The notes below the pieces were generated by a model. It was not told where the DNA came from, did no database searches, and saw only the letters and a program-made list of their open reading frames with translations. Shown in pieces: positions 48,793 through 62,470 of a stretch of DNA of 64,000 nt. This DNA is from Azolla caroliniana (lineage: Eukaryota; Plantae; Polypodiophyta), in the NCBI GenBank assembly GCA_043228905.1, contig JBHGNT010000001.1, forward strand, positions 62,001-126,000. The letters run 5' to 3'. Within the stretch, counting starts at the first letter, position 1. Every line of letters starts with the position of its first letter. Made by a program: the position numbers and the translations under genes.

Positions 48793-51700
48793 TGTTAACA
48801 ATTAGGTGATTAACTACGGGTTAATTAGTACCTAATTATGTGATTAAATTAAACGGAAGATTAAGTGATATGTGTGTGTATGTGTGAGAGAGGAAGAGAG
48901 AGAGGAATATACACTTACGAATGACACAAGATGGGGGATGAGTAACTATATTAGAAAGCATCATCAAATACAAAAAAAAACATATGGCATGAGGTATATA
49001 TAGATCTCATGTGCAAGGGTGCACTTGTGTGAGGAGAATATAGGTACAACCGTGTAAGTCCTATATTAAATGACCTTGAGAGTGAAGGATCTACAATATC
49101 CTACTTAAGTACAAGGTCCTATTTAAGGCATTATAGTCAACACTTCTAACTAAATTCTATCTAGGTAACTATGAAGGTATATGGTTGACTAACTAACTAA
49201 CTCTAGTTGAGCTTGATCTCTTAACACGCCCCCTCAAGCTCAAGTGTGAGGCGTCTAACATCTGGTTTTGCTTTCGGTGTTGTCCGGCTTTCGATGTCAG
49301 CTTCTGTGCGACTTTCATTGTCGGCTTCTGCGTCGTGGCAATTTTAGTTCCTCCCCCTCAAGCCTATGACAAAGGCTTGGGTCGACTGCTTTCACCCATC
49401 GTGGGTCACGAGCCACTTCTGTAGAGCTCCTAGGCTCTTGTTCGGCTGATACCTTCATCGTGAAGGCATAATGATGGGCCATGTACTCATTGTAGCCAAG
49501 CCGAGTGACAAGTTTCTTCTCTCTAAAAGAACGTCGAAGTTTTTCGCTTGCCGATGTGAGCGCCTTCTTTACTCCGGGTGACTGCATGATGGGTACACCA
49601 AACTCACTGTCTAGTGAGTGAGCCGATACATCTGAATCACTGTCGTTGGTGTGATCGACTTCGTATTTGGGCATCTTACCTTTGCCTTTGTCCAAGGTCG
49701 TACTTTGTCGTGACGTGCTTGGAAGGCTTGAAGGCTCAGGTGGGCTTGGGTTGTCCTTTGGTAGAGGACTTGTCCGAATATCATCCTCCGAGTTGATGTT
49801 CAACTCTTCCTCGGTCGGGTCGGGTGGAGTTGAATCGGGCTTATACCAAAATGCTGATTCGTCGAAGACTACATCCTGACTTATCCGAACCGCTCGGGTC
49901 GAGGGGTTGAGGCACTTGTATGCCTTCTTCTCGGACGAGTATCCTACGAGGATACATTCCTCTGTCTTCGCGTTGGGCTTCTGTCGTTGTTCATTCGGGA
50001 TGCATACATTCGCAATGCTTCCAAACACCTTGAGATGCAACAGGATCGGCTTCCTTCCGACAAGGAGCTCATATGGAGTTAGCTCATGCACTCCATTAGT
50101 GGTGCATTGATTCATGAGATAGACGGTCGTGGATGCCGATTCGGCCCAATAGAAGTTTGGCATGTGCTTCTCATGCATCATGGCGCGTGCTACCTCGAGT
50201 ATTTTCCGATTCTTCCTTTCGGCGACTCCATTTTGTTGGGGTGTGTGTCAGCACAAGAATTCTCTCCAAATGCCTTCACTTTGGAGGTAGGATGTGAATT
50301 CACTGGAGAAGTACTCCTTGCCTCCATCCGATCGTAGGCATCGAATGTGCCAACCGATTTCTTTTTTGACTTGGCCCTTGAGCTTTTGGAAGTGGGAGAA
50401 CACTTCGCTCTTCTTCTTCATCGGGATGATCCACGCATAGCGCGAGTAGTCATCGATGAAGGTGACGTAGAATTGGCATTCACTTATCGTCGGCGTTTGA
50501 GCCGGTCCCCATACATCGTAGTGTATAATGTCGAGGAGGCCTTTGCTTGCATGGCTCTCCTTTGAGAATGGGAGTCGATGTTGTTTGCCGAGTTGGCATG
50601 CTTCGCATACTCAGTCGACTCGTTTCGACTCGAATGTTGGAAGTCCGATGACAACTCCCTTGGTTTGCATCGCTTGTCTTGTTGGAGGTTTATGTGGAGG
50701 ATTCTCTTGTGCCACAACTCGATGCCCACTCGATGCTTGTCTCGGTTTTGAGACCTTTGGCATACATGGCCGATTTAACCTCGTTCAAATCGAGGATGAA
50801 CATGCTACCGTCTCTCCGTCCCTTGGCTATGAGTCGGCCATCTTTCTCGATGAAACAACCTTCGTTGTTGAAGCAGACTTGCATGCCTTGCTCCACAATT
50901 TGGCAGACTGAGACCAAATTCTTCATTATTGTGGGCACGTGCAAGACATTCTTGATGCAATTTTCTCGCCTTCTTTCCCGAATGGGACATTGCCGATGTG
51001 CCGAATAGGATGTGTGTTGTCATCACCCATCTCTATGACGCCGGGTCGATTGGGTGTGCGCAAATCACTGAACCATTCTTCGTGGGATGTCATTTGATGT
51101 GAGGCTCCGGAATCGACGAACCACACGTCTTCCGAATTGGAGGTGCTTGCGGAGTTGGAGGGCGACATAGAGTTCGCTCTATGCCTCATTATGAACAGTC
51201 TGCCGTAGTCGACGTATTTAGAGTTGGTGGCATAATTTGTGAGTTGTCAACTTGTTGAAGCCGACTCGCTTCTTCTTTTTCAACACTCCTCTTCGTAGTG
51301 GATGATTTTGCCGCAATAATTGCAAGTTGTGGGCCTCATTTGCCGACCTTGTTCGGCATGGAAGATCCCCCTTTTCCGAAGGTTCCTTGATGCTTTCCGT
51401 GAAGGTTTGAGTTCCCTTCATTCGATGGGTTGAATCAACCTCTTCTACTACCTCGATTTCGTTCTCGGCCACCATCCGAATTCGAGAAGAACATTTGTCC
51501 TTCTGATGTCTTGGTTTTGCTTTGGACATGGTTCTCTTCAACCATTAGCATTAATTGAAGGTTGAAGAACGAAGGAGGGTTTTCCCTCGCCAAGATTTCC
51601 GTCCTCAACGAGTTGAATCATTGTGCAAGGCCACCCAAGCATACTTGAACCATCTTGTCTTCGTCGACGATTATGTTGATGGAGCCAAGCGAGTCGCAAA

Positions 51701-52636
51701 TGCTCTTGATCTTGGTGGTGTAGTCCGACACGAACATGTCTTTTTGCCGAATGTTGTTCAACTCTTGTCGAAGTTGAAGATTTTGGGCGGTTGTGTTGGC
51801 GGCGAACATTTTCTTTAAGTTCGCCCATGCTTCTTTAGGCGTCTTGGTGTCTCGAATGTGGCTAAACATGTGATCGTGGACTCATGTTGCCAAGCAATAC
51901 ATGACTTGACTCGCCGCTTGCTCCCATGTTGCGTAGTCGGCGTTCTTTGAGTCGGGTCGATTTTCTTGAGCGTCATTGATGTAGCTCCAATACCCTTGGC
52001 CAACGTGGTATTGGGTCATCTTGGACTCCCAAGATGAACAATTGCTCCGGTCTAGCTTTTCACTAGGGAGCAAGCTACCCATTTGTGTGTTCATGTCGAT
52101 TGTAGTGTCTTCCGTTTTGTTTTTTCTTCTTCGATCACATACTCGTGCTACATAGCGGCACTATGGTAGCGGATAGTTGGATTTTGTCGTCGATGTCTCG
52201 AACACACAATCACAGAGTCGGGTGGGCTTAGTGGATTTTCTAAACCACATGCTTTGATACCATGTTAAGAATTATGTGATTAACTACGGGTTAATTAGTA
52301 CCTAATTATGTGATTAAGTTAAGCGGAAGCAGAAAAGTGATATGTGTGTATATGTGTGTGAGAGGAAAAGAGAGAGGAAGATACACTTATGAATGACACA
52401 AGATGGGGGATGAGTAACTATATTAGAAAGCCTCATCAAATACAAAAATACCATCAATGAGGTATATCTAGATCTCATGTGCAAGGGTGCACATGTGTGA
52501 GGAGAATATAGGTACAACCGTGTAAGTCCTATTTAAGGCGTTATAGTCAACACTTCTAACTAGATTCTATCTAGGTAACTACAAAGTTATATGGTTGACT
52601 AACTAACTAACTCTAGTTGAGCTTGATCTCTCAACA
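48793..52636 (-). mobile_element. Degenerate Ty1/copia lacking RT/RNase H; no matching TSD
   Basis: LTRs 48793-49226 and 52263-52636, Met-i PBS. Gag, WFVDSGAS and integrase are present, and DPRWVKA joins directly to the 3' end. Flanks are GCATG vs AACTC. Confidence 0.88.
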
Positions 52637-52899
52637 AACTCGAACCCGAAATTCAGGAAGAGCCCAATAATCCACAAAATCCTAATATGTTAATCTCTTA
52701 ATGTCTTTAAGCCTAAACTTTTGTAATTCCAATCTTGGGATAGATCGTAATTTGTCTTTTCTTTACTAATAAAAATTAATTCTTTACTTTCTCATTTCGA
52801 TTAATTCGTAAAACATAAATGCGCGAATATGGTATCCTCTAGTCGGAAGCCCCGAGGTCCTGCCTCAAGTTCACGTATCTTGGTCGTATTTTCGCAACA

Positions 52900-53822
52900 A
52901 CAGACAATCCCCTTGTTGAATATTGTTCAACTCATACCAGAGTTGAAGTTTTCTCATTGTGGTTGAAGCCGCGCAAATCTTCTTCAAGTTTTTCCATGAT
53001 TCTGTCGAGGCTTTCGCATCTCAAATATAGATTAACATGTGATCTTGCACACATGTGGCCAAACAATACATTACCCTACAGGCACCTTGCTACCATGTGG
53101 GGTAGTTGGGATTTATAATATCGGGGACTATTTCTTGAGCTCCCTCGATATAACTCCAATACCCTTGCCCAACTAAGTATTGTTACATCTTATATTCCCA
53201 ATATGCATAGGGTGTGCCTGTCCAACTTCTCTGTTGGAAGTGCGTTACCCATTTGTGCATTCATCTTTCTGATTTTGCTTGATTCGTATGCTCCTGTTAA
53301 CGTGACCCTCTTGTCATGCAACACTACAACGATGATACTCAGTTTGAAACTACGTCTCTAGCTGCTCACACAGTTCCATTGGTAGAGCTCAGTGAAGGAT
53401 CTCTAACCCTCACGCTCTGATACCATGTGAAGAATCTAACTCTAGGTATTCAAAAACGTAGTATGTGTGAGAGTGGATGTATATAAGCAAGAGAATAACC
53501 AAAAAAGAATAAGAAAATACACAGTAGGGGGATTACAACTTATGCACTAAAGAGAGTATATTAATTAACTAAAGATTATGATTCAACAAAACAGAATGGG
53601 CAAAGGGGGTTCTTTATACAAGTCCTCAAGGGACTGCCCTATTAAATGCATTGGTGGAATCTGACCAAGATATCCACTTGAGTATGATTTTGTCATAAGA
53701 ATATCCAATATTCTTTGACCACATTAACACTTGACAACTACACGGATTACAATAAAGTGTGTTCACACACTTTTTCACACATCGTCCTTTTCTTCATAAG
53801 CACATGTTCACACAAGTTGAGT
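52900..53822 (-). mobile_element. Old copia 5' fragment (LTR from 53426, Met-i PBS, decayed gag)
   Basis: GCTCTGATACCA|TG at 53414-53427. The gag remnant resembles the MNTQMGS family. Confidence 0.65.
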
Positions 53823-53919
53823 GTCACGGACGGGTAGACGAGGTTAAATACTAAGAGAGAGTGAGTGTAATAAAGAGAACAAGAAACAGATAGAGACTAT
53901 CACAGACGAGTAGACGAGA

Positions 53920-53967
<48 letters not shown>

Positions 53968-53971
<4 letters not shown>

Positions 53972-55350
53972 ATTATCGTCTTCGGAGGTCAAATATGACT
54001 TGCGAGACCAAAAATATTACATTGTGGAAGTGAGTAGTGACTCTCGATGTTCAAGAACTTTACCAATGAATGTTGCAATCAAGAGTGCACATTGTGGTTG
54101 TGAGAGGAATTCATGCAAGGATTGGGCTCAGTCAAAGAGATGTGGAAAGCATGGTTGAATATGATCAAAGGTAGAGCATTGTATCAAAGTGTGATACTCA
54201 GACTCATGAACTTGTTTAGGGCAAAGTGTGCATATCCGACCACTCTCATCACTTGTGCCCCAACGCCCTATCTCACATTGCAATGCATGTGAGCTAAGTC
54301 GCATGGAAGCAATGATTCGAATGGAAAATAACGGCATGGGCTCTAACATGTATCGATGTGTACGGTTTCCCCGTTCCGCAAAGAATATTGTTTTGTAGTT
54401 AGGTGCAACATGTGTAGTGTAATGTGTGAAGCGTTGTCGCGTTGTTACGCGCGTGCGTGTAGAAGGGTCAGGACCACGGGGGTCTCGGACTAGGGAGTAG
54501 AGGAGAAAGAATAAGATATGATTCGGAAGCTTAGCTCAAGAGGAGAAGAAGAAAGAATAAGACCATGACATAAAAAGAGAGATCGGTCGAGGCAAGTTGC
54601 TCAACAAGTTATATTAAAACAAACGAATGATTACAACAATGGTGGCTGCGTAGGCCGCACCAAACGACTATGACCGAAGATGAATAAGGAAACCCTAAAC
54701 GAAACCCTAACCCTAAAACGGTAAGAACTCTAGACTAAGCGATATACCTCCCATACACAAAATAGGCAACCCCTCAAAAGGGACCCCTCACTCCCTTTTA
54801 TAGTGGTAAGGGGTGAGGCACATTACAATAGGAGTGGTCAATTCCCCTTTCATTCAAAGGAGAATATTTGCCCCAATCTCGAGATTGATGGGCCTTAACT
54901 CTCTCTCCTCTAGTCGTCCTTCTCAATGCCCATCACTCTTACACTCATTCTCTATGTACTTCCCTCTAGTCCCCAAAGTGCACATCACAATTACACTTAA
55001 CAACTTTGTAGAGCACCTTAACTCCTTACACTTTACATTTGCTTATTTGTCCCTATGTTACAATTTCCCTAAGTTCATGTGCAATGTTGCACATCTCCAT
55101 TTTCTCTATCCCGCTCGGTTTTCTCACCATGGACGAAAAACATCACGACAGCGTGAGCCTCCACATTTGTCCCATGTCATGATACATTGGCATTACAAAA
55201 AGGCCTCATTTACAAAAGAATCTAGTGATGCATCATGAAGCAAGTGTCTTGCATCATATCTACGAAACCATTTTTCTATATCTTGCATCCAATCGGAACA
55301 CAAAATTTTTCTTTTCTGTGTCTTTTGGATCTTTTTGCTTGTTTCCCATG
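53968..55350 (-). mobile_element. LINE 3' fragment (RTE/RTEX-like C-terminal Cys/His region) abutting (GA)n
   Basis: RLSSHALQCEIGRW...RICTLC...ESEYHTLIQC. A related decayed copy abuts (GA)n near 23785-24000. Confidence 0.6.
54435..55150 (-). mobile_element. Solo LTR of the Trp-PBS group; TSD GCGT
   Basis: Begins TGTCGCGTTGTTACGCGCGTGCGTG like LTR 6693 and ends TCACGACA. GCGT at 54431-54434 and 55151-55154. Confidence 0.92.
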
Positions 55351-58300
55351 TGTTGAGAGATCAAGCTCAACTTAGTTTAGTTACTTAGTCAACCATGTAA
55401 CTTCGTAGTTACCTAGATAGAATCTAGTTAGAAGTGTCGACTATAACACCTTAAATAGGACCTTGTACTTAAGTGGGATATTTTTTTATCCTCCACTCCT
55501 AAGTACATTTAATATAGGACTTACACATTAGTACCTATATTCTACTCACACATGTGCACCCTTGCACATGAGATGTATATATACCTCATTGTGGGTATTT
55601 TTGGATTTTGATGATGATGATAAAGCTAATTTAATATAGTTACTCATCCCCCATCTTGTGTTGCTCATAAGTGTATCTCTCCTCTCTCTCTTCCTCTCAC
55701 ACACATACACACACATATCACATAATCTTCCGCACTTAACTTAATCACATAATTAGGTACCAATTAACCCTTAATTACTTACCTAATTCTTAACATGGTA
55801 TTAGAGCGTGTGGTTTAGCACATCCACTAAGCCCACCCAACTCTTCGTAATTGTGTGTTCGAAACGCCGACGACAAATTCTGGCCATTCACTATCGTAGT
55901 GTCACTACGTAGCACGTACAGGTGATCGAAGGAAGAAAAACAAAAGAAGAGAAGACACAATCAACATGAACACACAAATGGGTAGCTCACTCCCTAGTGA
56001 AAAGTTAAACCGGAGCAATTATTCATCTTGGGAGTACAAGATGACCCAATACCTCGTCAGCCAAGGGTATTGGAGCTATATCAACGACGCACAAGAAAAT
56101 CGACCTGACTCGAAAAATGCCGACTATGCAACATGGGATCAAGCGGCGAGTCGAGTCATGTATTGCTTGACAACATGTGTCCACGACCACATGCTTAGCC
56201 ACATTCGAGATGCCAAGACGCCCAAAGAGGCGTGGGAGAACTTAAAGAAAATGTTCACCGCCAACACGACCGCCCGAAAGCTTCAACTCCGACAAGAGTT
56301 GAACAACATTCGGCAAAAAGACATGTCTGTGTTGGACTACACCGCCAAGATCAAGAGCATTTGCAACTCGCTTGGCTCCATCAAAATAAACGTCGACGAA
56401 GACGAGATGGTTCAAGTATACTTGGGCGGCCTCGCACAACGATTCGATCCATTACGGACAACAATCTTGGCAAGAGAAAACCCTCCTTCATTCTTCGACC
56501 TCCAATCAATGCTATTGGTCGAAGAGAACCACGTCCGAACAAAAGCAAGACGTTGGAAGGACAAATGTTCTTCTCAAATTTCAACAGTGGTCGAGGAGGA
56601 GGTCACGGCGGTAGAAGAGATCAATTCGACCCATCACATGAAGGGAACTCAAACCTTCACAAAAGCCATCGAGGAACCTTCGGAAGAAGGGGGAGCTTCC
56701 ACGCCGAACATGGTCGGAAAATCAGGCCTACAACTTGCAACTATTGCGGCAAAATCGGCCACCGCGAGGAGGAATCCCGAAAAAAGAATAAGTGAGTCGG
56801 CTTCCACAAGTCGACAACACACGAATTACGTCGTCAACTCCGAATACGATGATTACGGCGGACTATTCGTGTAAAGAATCAAGAGATTGATTCTTGTGAA
56901 GTGGAAGTGATATGAGTTATGTGTGTGTATATGAGGGAGAGAGAGAGTGAGTGAGAGAGACAAGGAATACGCAAGGTAAAGGTATATTGACAAAGGAGAA
57001 AGACTCAACATTATACAAGGTGGGAGGAGGGTGCTTTATGTAGTCACCCTCTCTCTTCATTAACTACAAGGCTCATGGAGCATGGGGAATGTGAAAGCTC
57101 ATAAGTTATGTGTCATAGAATATGATTCTATGACTCATACTAAATGCTAGAATACAAAGTGGTGACATAATGGTGACTCTTGACCGTTGAGGTGTCTCTT
57201 CACTCTCAAGGTGAGTTCACACACTAGACCAAGTTGAGCTTGATTCTCAACACGCCCCCTCAAGCTCAAGTCGGGTCGGTTTCAAACGGTATCCGAAATC
57301 CGCTTCAATTCACGTTCGGGAGTCCGCGTCGACTCGCTTTATGCGGAGTTGCGGAATCCGTGCTCCAGCTTGCGTTGTGTGTAGTTACGAAGTCTGTGCT
57401 TCGGCTTGCGTCTTTCTTCGCGATAGATCGGCTCTTTGCTGCTACGGTGTGTGGTTGCAGAATCTACGCGTTATTGCGTAGTGTCTTCAGTACTCCCCCT
57501 CAAGCTTGGCAGATCAGGGATCGTCAATCCGAGATCGGTCATGAATTGCCATAGCTTGTCGGTTCCTAAGGCTTTAGTGAAGATGTCAGCCGTTTGAAGA
57601 TTGGTGCTTATGTGTTGTAGGTCGACATCGCCAGCCAGAATGCGCTCTCAGATGAAGTGATAGTGCACTTCGATGTGCTTTGTCCTCGCGTGGAACACCA
57701 GGTTCCGAGCCAGATAGATATTGCTCATGTTGTCGCAGTAAAGGGAAGTCGGATCCTTGATGGGTACGCCCAGATCCTTCAAAATCCTCTTGAGCCATAC
57801 AGCTTCACACGCAGCTACGGTTGCGCCCCTGTATTCCGCCTCCATACTCGAAAGAGCGACGATGGGCTGCTTCTTGCTACTCCAGGATATTGCTCCGCTG
57901 CCAAGGGAGAAAACAAATCCGGAGGTTGATCTTCTATCGACTTTGTAGCCGGCCCAATCGGCGTCTGTGTACCCCTCGAGTCGTATTGGCATCGCGGTCT
58001 TGTAGAGGATGCCGCAATCCATTGTGCCGCTCACGTACTGTAGAACTCGCTTAGCGCAATCCAAGTGAGTATCACGCGGTGTTTGCATGAATTGGCTAAG
58101 GAGACCGACCGGATAACTGAGATCGGGTTGAGTGATCGTGAGGTAGATGAGACTCCCGATGAGTTGCCGATACTGAGTCGGCTCACACGCTTTGGTGCCG
58201 GAGTTCGCATCTAGTTTGAGATTACGATCGAGTGGGGTTGCCACAGATTTGCACTCAGCCATCCCGAACTTGTATAATAAGTTGAGGATGTAGTGCCGTT

Positions 58301-61300
58301 GAGAGATCATGATTCCGGCCGGAGTCCGAATTACCTCGATGCCGAGGAAGTAGTGGAGCTCCTTCATGTCCGTCATCTCGAACTTGTCGGAAAGGAGGGA
58401 TTTAACCTTATTGATTTCGACGAGATGCTCACCTCCAATGACTAGGTCATCCACATATAAAATGATGATGATTGGACTTGCGGAATCACTTCGTATGTAG
58501 AGGGAGTTGTCCGATTTTGACATACGGAAGCCGATTTGATGAAGATATTGCGTTATCTTCGAATGCCAAGCACACGGTGCTTGCTTGAGGCCATAGAGTG
58601 GCTTCTTGAGTCGGCATACAGCTTTCGGATGGGTGCGCGAGTTGAAGCCGGGTGGTTGTATCATGTACACCTCCTCTTCTAATTCACCTTGTAGAAAGGC
58701 GTTCTTGACGTCCATTTGATGGAGGTGCCACCCTTTCGCCGTGGCAATCACAATTACGGTCCGTACCGTCGTCATCTTTGCCACCGGGGCAAAGGTCTCT
58801 TCGTAGTCGACGCCATGCGTCTGAGCGTATCCTTTCGCTACGAGTCGAGCTTTGTAGCGGTTTACGGAGCCATCGGCGTTATACTTCACCTTGTAGATCC
58901 ATCTGCATCCAATCGCCTTTTTGTGTGGTGAGGTGGGAACGAGATCCCACGTCTCGTTCTTCCGTAGTGCCTACATCTCCTCGTTCATTGCTTCGATCCA
59001 TCGCGGGTCCTTCGCGGCTTCCGAAAAGGTTTCCGGCTCCCGTACTATCGCTACCTTCATCATAAAGGCGTAATGGTATGACATGTAATCGTTGTAGCCG
59101 AATCAGCTTACGGGGTTGTTTTCACGAGTGGATCGGCGGAGCTTTCCATTTGCAGAGATGAGGGCTTTCTTGGCTCCGATTGGTACCTCGAAACCGCCGA
59201 ACTCACTGTCGAGTGAGTGAGTCAATTCATCGTCGTCGAAGCAATTGTCTTCATATTCCGCCATTTTCGCATTTCCTTTGTCCATCTTCGGGCTAGGCCG
59301 TGATGTGCTTTGATCGCTCAAAGGCTCTTGTGGTCCGCTCGGTCGGGTCGTGATCGGACTTTCTTCAAACATGCGCGTAAGGTGATCTTCATCCTCTACC
59401 TCTTGTTCGGTGGATTCCGGGTCGAGCGGGGTTGGAGTCGAAGTTGTCTTTGGTGCGTACTAGGATCCGGACTCGTCAAAGACGACGTCTCGACTTACCC
59501 AAGATTTTCGAGTTGAGGGGTTGTAGCACTTGTACCCCTTTTGCTCCAGTGAGTATCCTACGAGGATACATTTCTCCGACTTCGGGTCGAGCTTTTGACG
59601 CTTCTCGTCGGGGATGTGCACGTACGCAATGGAGCCGAATATCCGAACATGTGATAGGTTCGGCTTCTTTCCGAAGAATCTTTCGTGCAGAGTGACCTCG
59701 TGCACGCCAGATGTTGTGCACCGGTTCATTAGGTAGACGACCGTATTTGCCGCTTCGGCCCAATATGACTTGGGCATATGCTTCTCGTTCATCATGGCCC
59801 GTGCTACTTCGAGGATGTGCCGATTTCTGCGCTCGGCTGCTCCATTTTGTTGCGGAGTGTGTCGGCAAGTGAATTCTCGCCGAATTCCTTCCTTTCGGAG
59901 ATACGCCATGAAATTGTCCGAGAAGTAATCCTTCCCGCCATCCGATCGAAGGCATCGTACATGTCGGCCCGTGGCTTTCTCGACTTCATTCTTGAAATTT
60001 TGGAAGTGTCCGAACACTTCGCTCTTTTGCCGCATCGGGTAGATCCAAGTGTGCCTAGAAAAATCGTCGATGAAGAGCAAGTAATAGCGGCATCCGCCGA
60101 ATGTAGCCGTTTGAGCCGGACCGCATACATCGGAATGAATTACATCGAGTACACCTTTGCTCACATTCCGCTCCTTCGGAAATGGGTGTCGGTGTTGCTT
60201 GCCGAATTGGCACGCTTCGCATACACCTTCAATCTCCTTCTCTTTGAATGTCGGGAGTCCGATGACGACTCCTTTCGATTTCATTGCTTTGAGTTTGTTG
60301 ACATTGATGTGGCCGATTCGCTTATGCCATAGCTCTATGTCGGAGTCGGCTTTTGTGCTTTTCGCGAACATGGAGGATTTCATCTCCTGTGAATCGAGAA
60401 TGAACATCCGGCCCTCTCTTCTTCCACGTGCGATGATTCGGCCTTCTTTTTCGATGAAGCACTCTTCTCGGTCGAATCGTACTTGCATCCCTTGCTCAAC
60501 CATTTGGCCAACCGAGACCAAATTCTTTGTGATGGTGGGTACATGCAAGACATTTCTAATGTATGTTTGCTTACCTCTTTCGCCGAACGGAACGTTGCCG
60601 ATGTGCCGAATCGGGTGCGTAGTGTCATCTCCGGTTTCGACATAACTGGGTCGCTCCGGCTCTCGAAGTTCGAGAAACCATTCTTTGTGGGATGTTATAT
60701 GGTTTGAGGCTCCGGAGTCAACAAACCATACGTCCTCCGGATTGAGGGCACTAGTTGAGGTAAAGGCCGACATAGACTTTGCTCTATGTTTCATCATGAA
60801 CATTCCGCCACGGTCGGAGTTGTATGTGTACATTCCGCCACGATCCTCGTAGTCAGAGTTGTGCCCGTACATTCCTCTATACTCTTCGTAGTCGGAATTG
60901 TGCGCGTAATTCGTGAGTTGTCGGCTTGTGGAAGCCAATTCACGCATCTTCTTTCGGCACTCTTCTTCGTGGTGGTCGAGCTTTCCACAATATCCGCATT
61001 CGGTTGCATATTGACGGCTCGGGCCAGAGTGGAAGCTCCCCCTTCTTGCGAAGGTTCCTCGTTGGCCTCCGTTTTGCGGCCGAAATTGGGAGTTGTTGTC
61101 GTAGGTCAGACCTCGTCCGCCTTGTCCTTGGCTGAATCGGCCTCTCGCTCGTCCGCGTCCTCTTCCTCCATTAGAGTGCGTGTAGAGCATGTGGCCTTCC
61201 GCCTCATTGCTCCTTGTACGCACGTGGTTTTCTTCGACCAATAGCATTGATTGGAGCTCGAAGAAGGAGGGAGATTTCTCCCGTGCTAGAACGGCAGTTC

Positions 61301-62470
61301 GCATCGCGCCGAACCGTGGTGCGAGGCCACCGAGGCATATTTGCACCATCTCATCATCATCTATACTTACGCTTATTGAGCTAAGCGAGTCGCAAAACTC
61401 CTTGATCTTCAAGGTGTATGTCGTGATGGACATGTCCCTTTGTTGAATGTTGTTCAACTCTTGGCGGAGTTGAAGCTTCATCGCGGTCGTGTTGGCGGCG
61501 AAAATCTTTCGTAGATTTTCCCACGCTTCCTTCGGCGTCTTGGCTTCTTGAATGTAACCGAGCATGTGGTCGTGAACACATGTCGCCAAACAATACATCA
61601 CGTGGCTTGCGGCTTGCTCCCATGTCGCGTATCCGGGAGCCGCTTCGGCGGGTCGGTCTTCATGCACTCCTTTGATGTAGCTCCAATAGCCTTGTCCGAC
61701 AAGGTATTGGTGGATCTTGTACTCCCAAGATGCGAAGTTGTTTCGATCCAACTTCTCGGTAGGGAGAGCGCTCCCCATTTGAGTATTCATTATGTCGATT
61801 CTTCTTCTTCTTCTTCTCTCTTCGAATGCGAGCTATGTAGCGAAGCTACGATAGCGATGAGTCGGTTCTTGGTCGTCAGCGTAGAGCACAACACACGATC
61901 ATGATGAGGCGAATGGGCTAGATCGAGCTACCAAATCGCTCTGATACCATGTAAAGAATCAAGAGATTGATTCTTGTGAAGTGGAAGTGATATGAGTTAT
62001 GTGTGTGTATATGAGGGAGAGAGAGAGAGAGAGAGAGTGAGAGAGACAAGGAATACGCAAGGTAAAGGTATATTGACAAAGGAGAAAGACTCAACATTAT
62101 ACAAGGTGGGAGGAGGGTGCTTTATGTAGTCACCCTCTCTCTTCATTAACTACAAGGCTCATGGAACATGGGGAATGTGAAAGCTCATAAGTTATGTGTC
62201 ATAGAATATGATTCTATGACTCATACTAAATGCTAGAATACAAAGTGGTGACATAATGGTGACTCTTGACCGTTGAGGTGTCTCTTCACTCTCAAGGTGA
62301 GTTCACACACTAGACCAAGTTGAGCTTGATTCTCAACAATTCGTAATGAGGCATAGAGCGAACTCTATGACGGACTCCAACTCCGCAAGCACCTCCAACT
62401 CGGAAGATGTGTGGTTTGTTGACTCCGGTGCCTCACATCACATGACATCTCACGAACAGTGGTTTCGTGA
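55351..62470 (+). mobile_element. Truncated Ty1/copia (5' LTR 55351-55795, gag-PR) split by a nested copia
   Basis: PBS TGGTATTAGAGC and gag from 55966. The reading ...YGGLF|VMRHRAN...WFVDSGAS resumes after 62343 and breaks at ~62470. Confidence 0.88.
56870..62338 (-). mobile_element. Full-length Ty1/copia, TSD ATTCG, gag-pol with premature stops
   Basis: LTRs 56870-57252 and 61950-62338, TSD at 56865-56869 and 62339-62343, Met-i PBS. ORFs 59460-61790 (Gag-PR-IN) and 57648-58889 (RT-RH). Confidence 0.96.

Noticed and set aside
52637-55350. Inversion between the opposed copia LTRs explaining the TSD mismatch
   Set aside because: Inverting gives CATGG rather than GCATG, and the chromovirus gag would not be restored.
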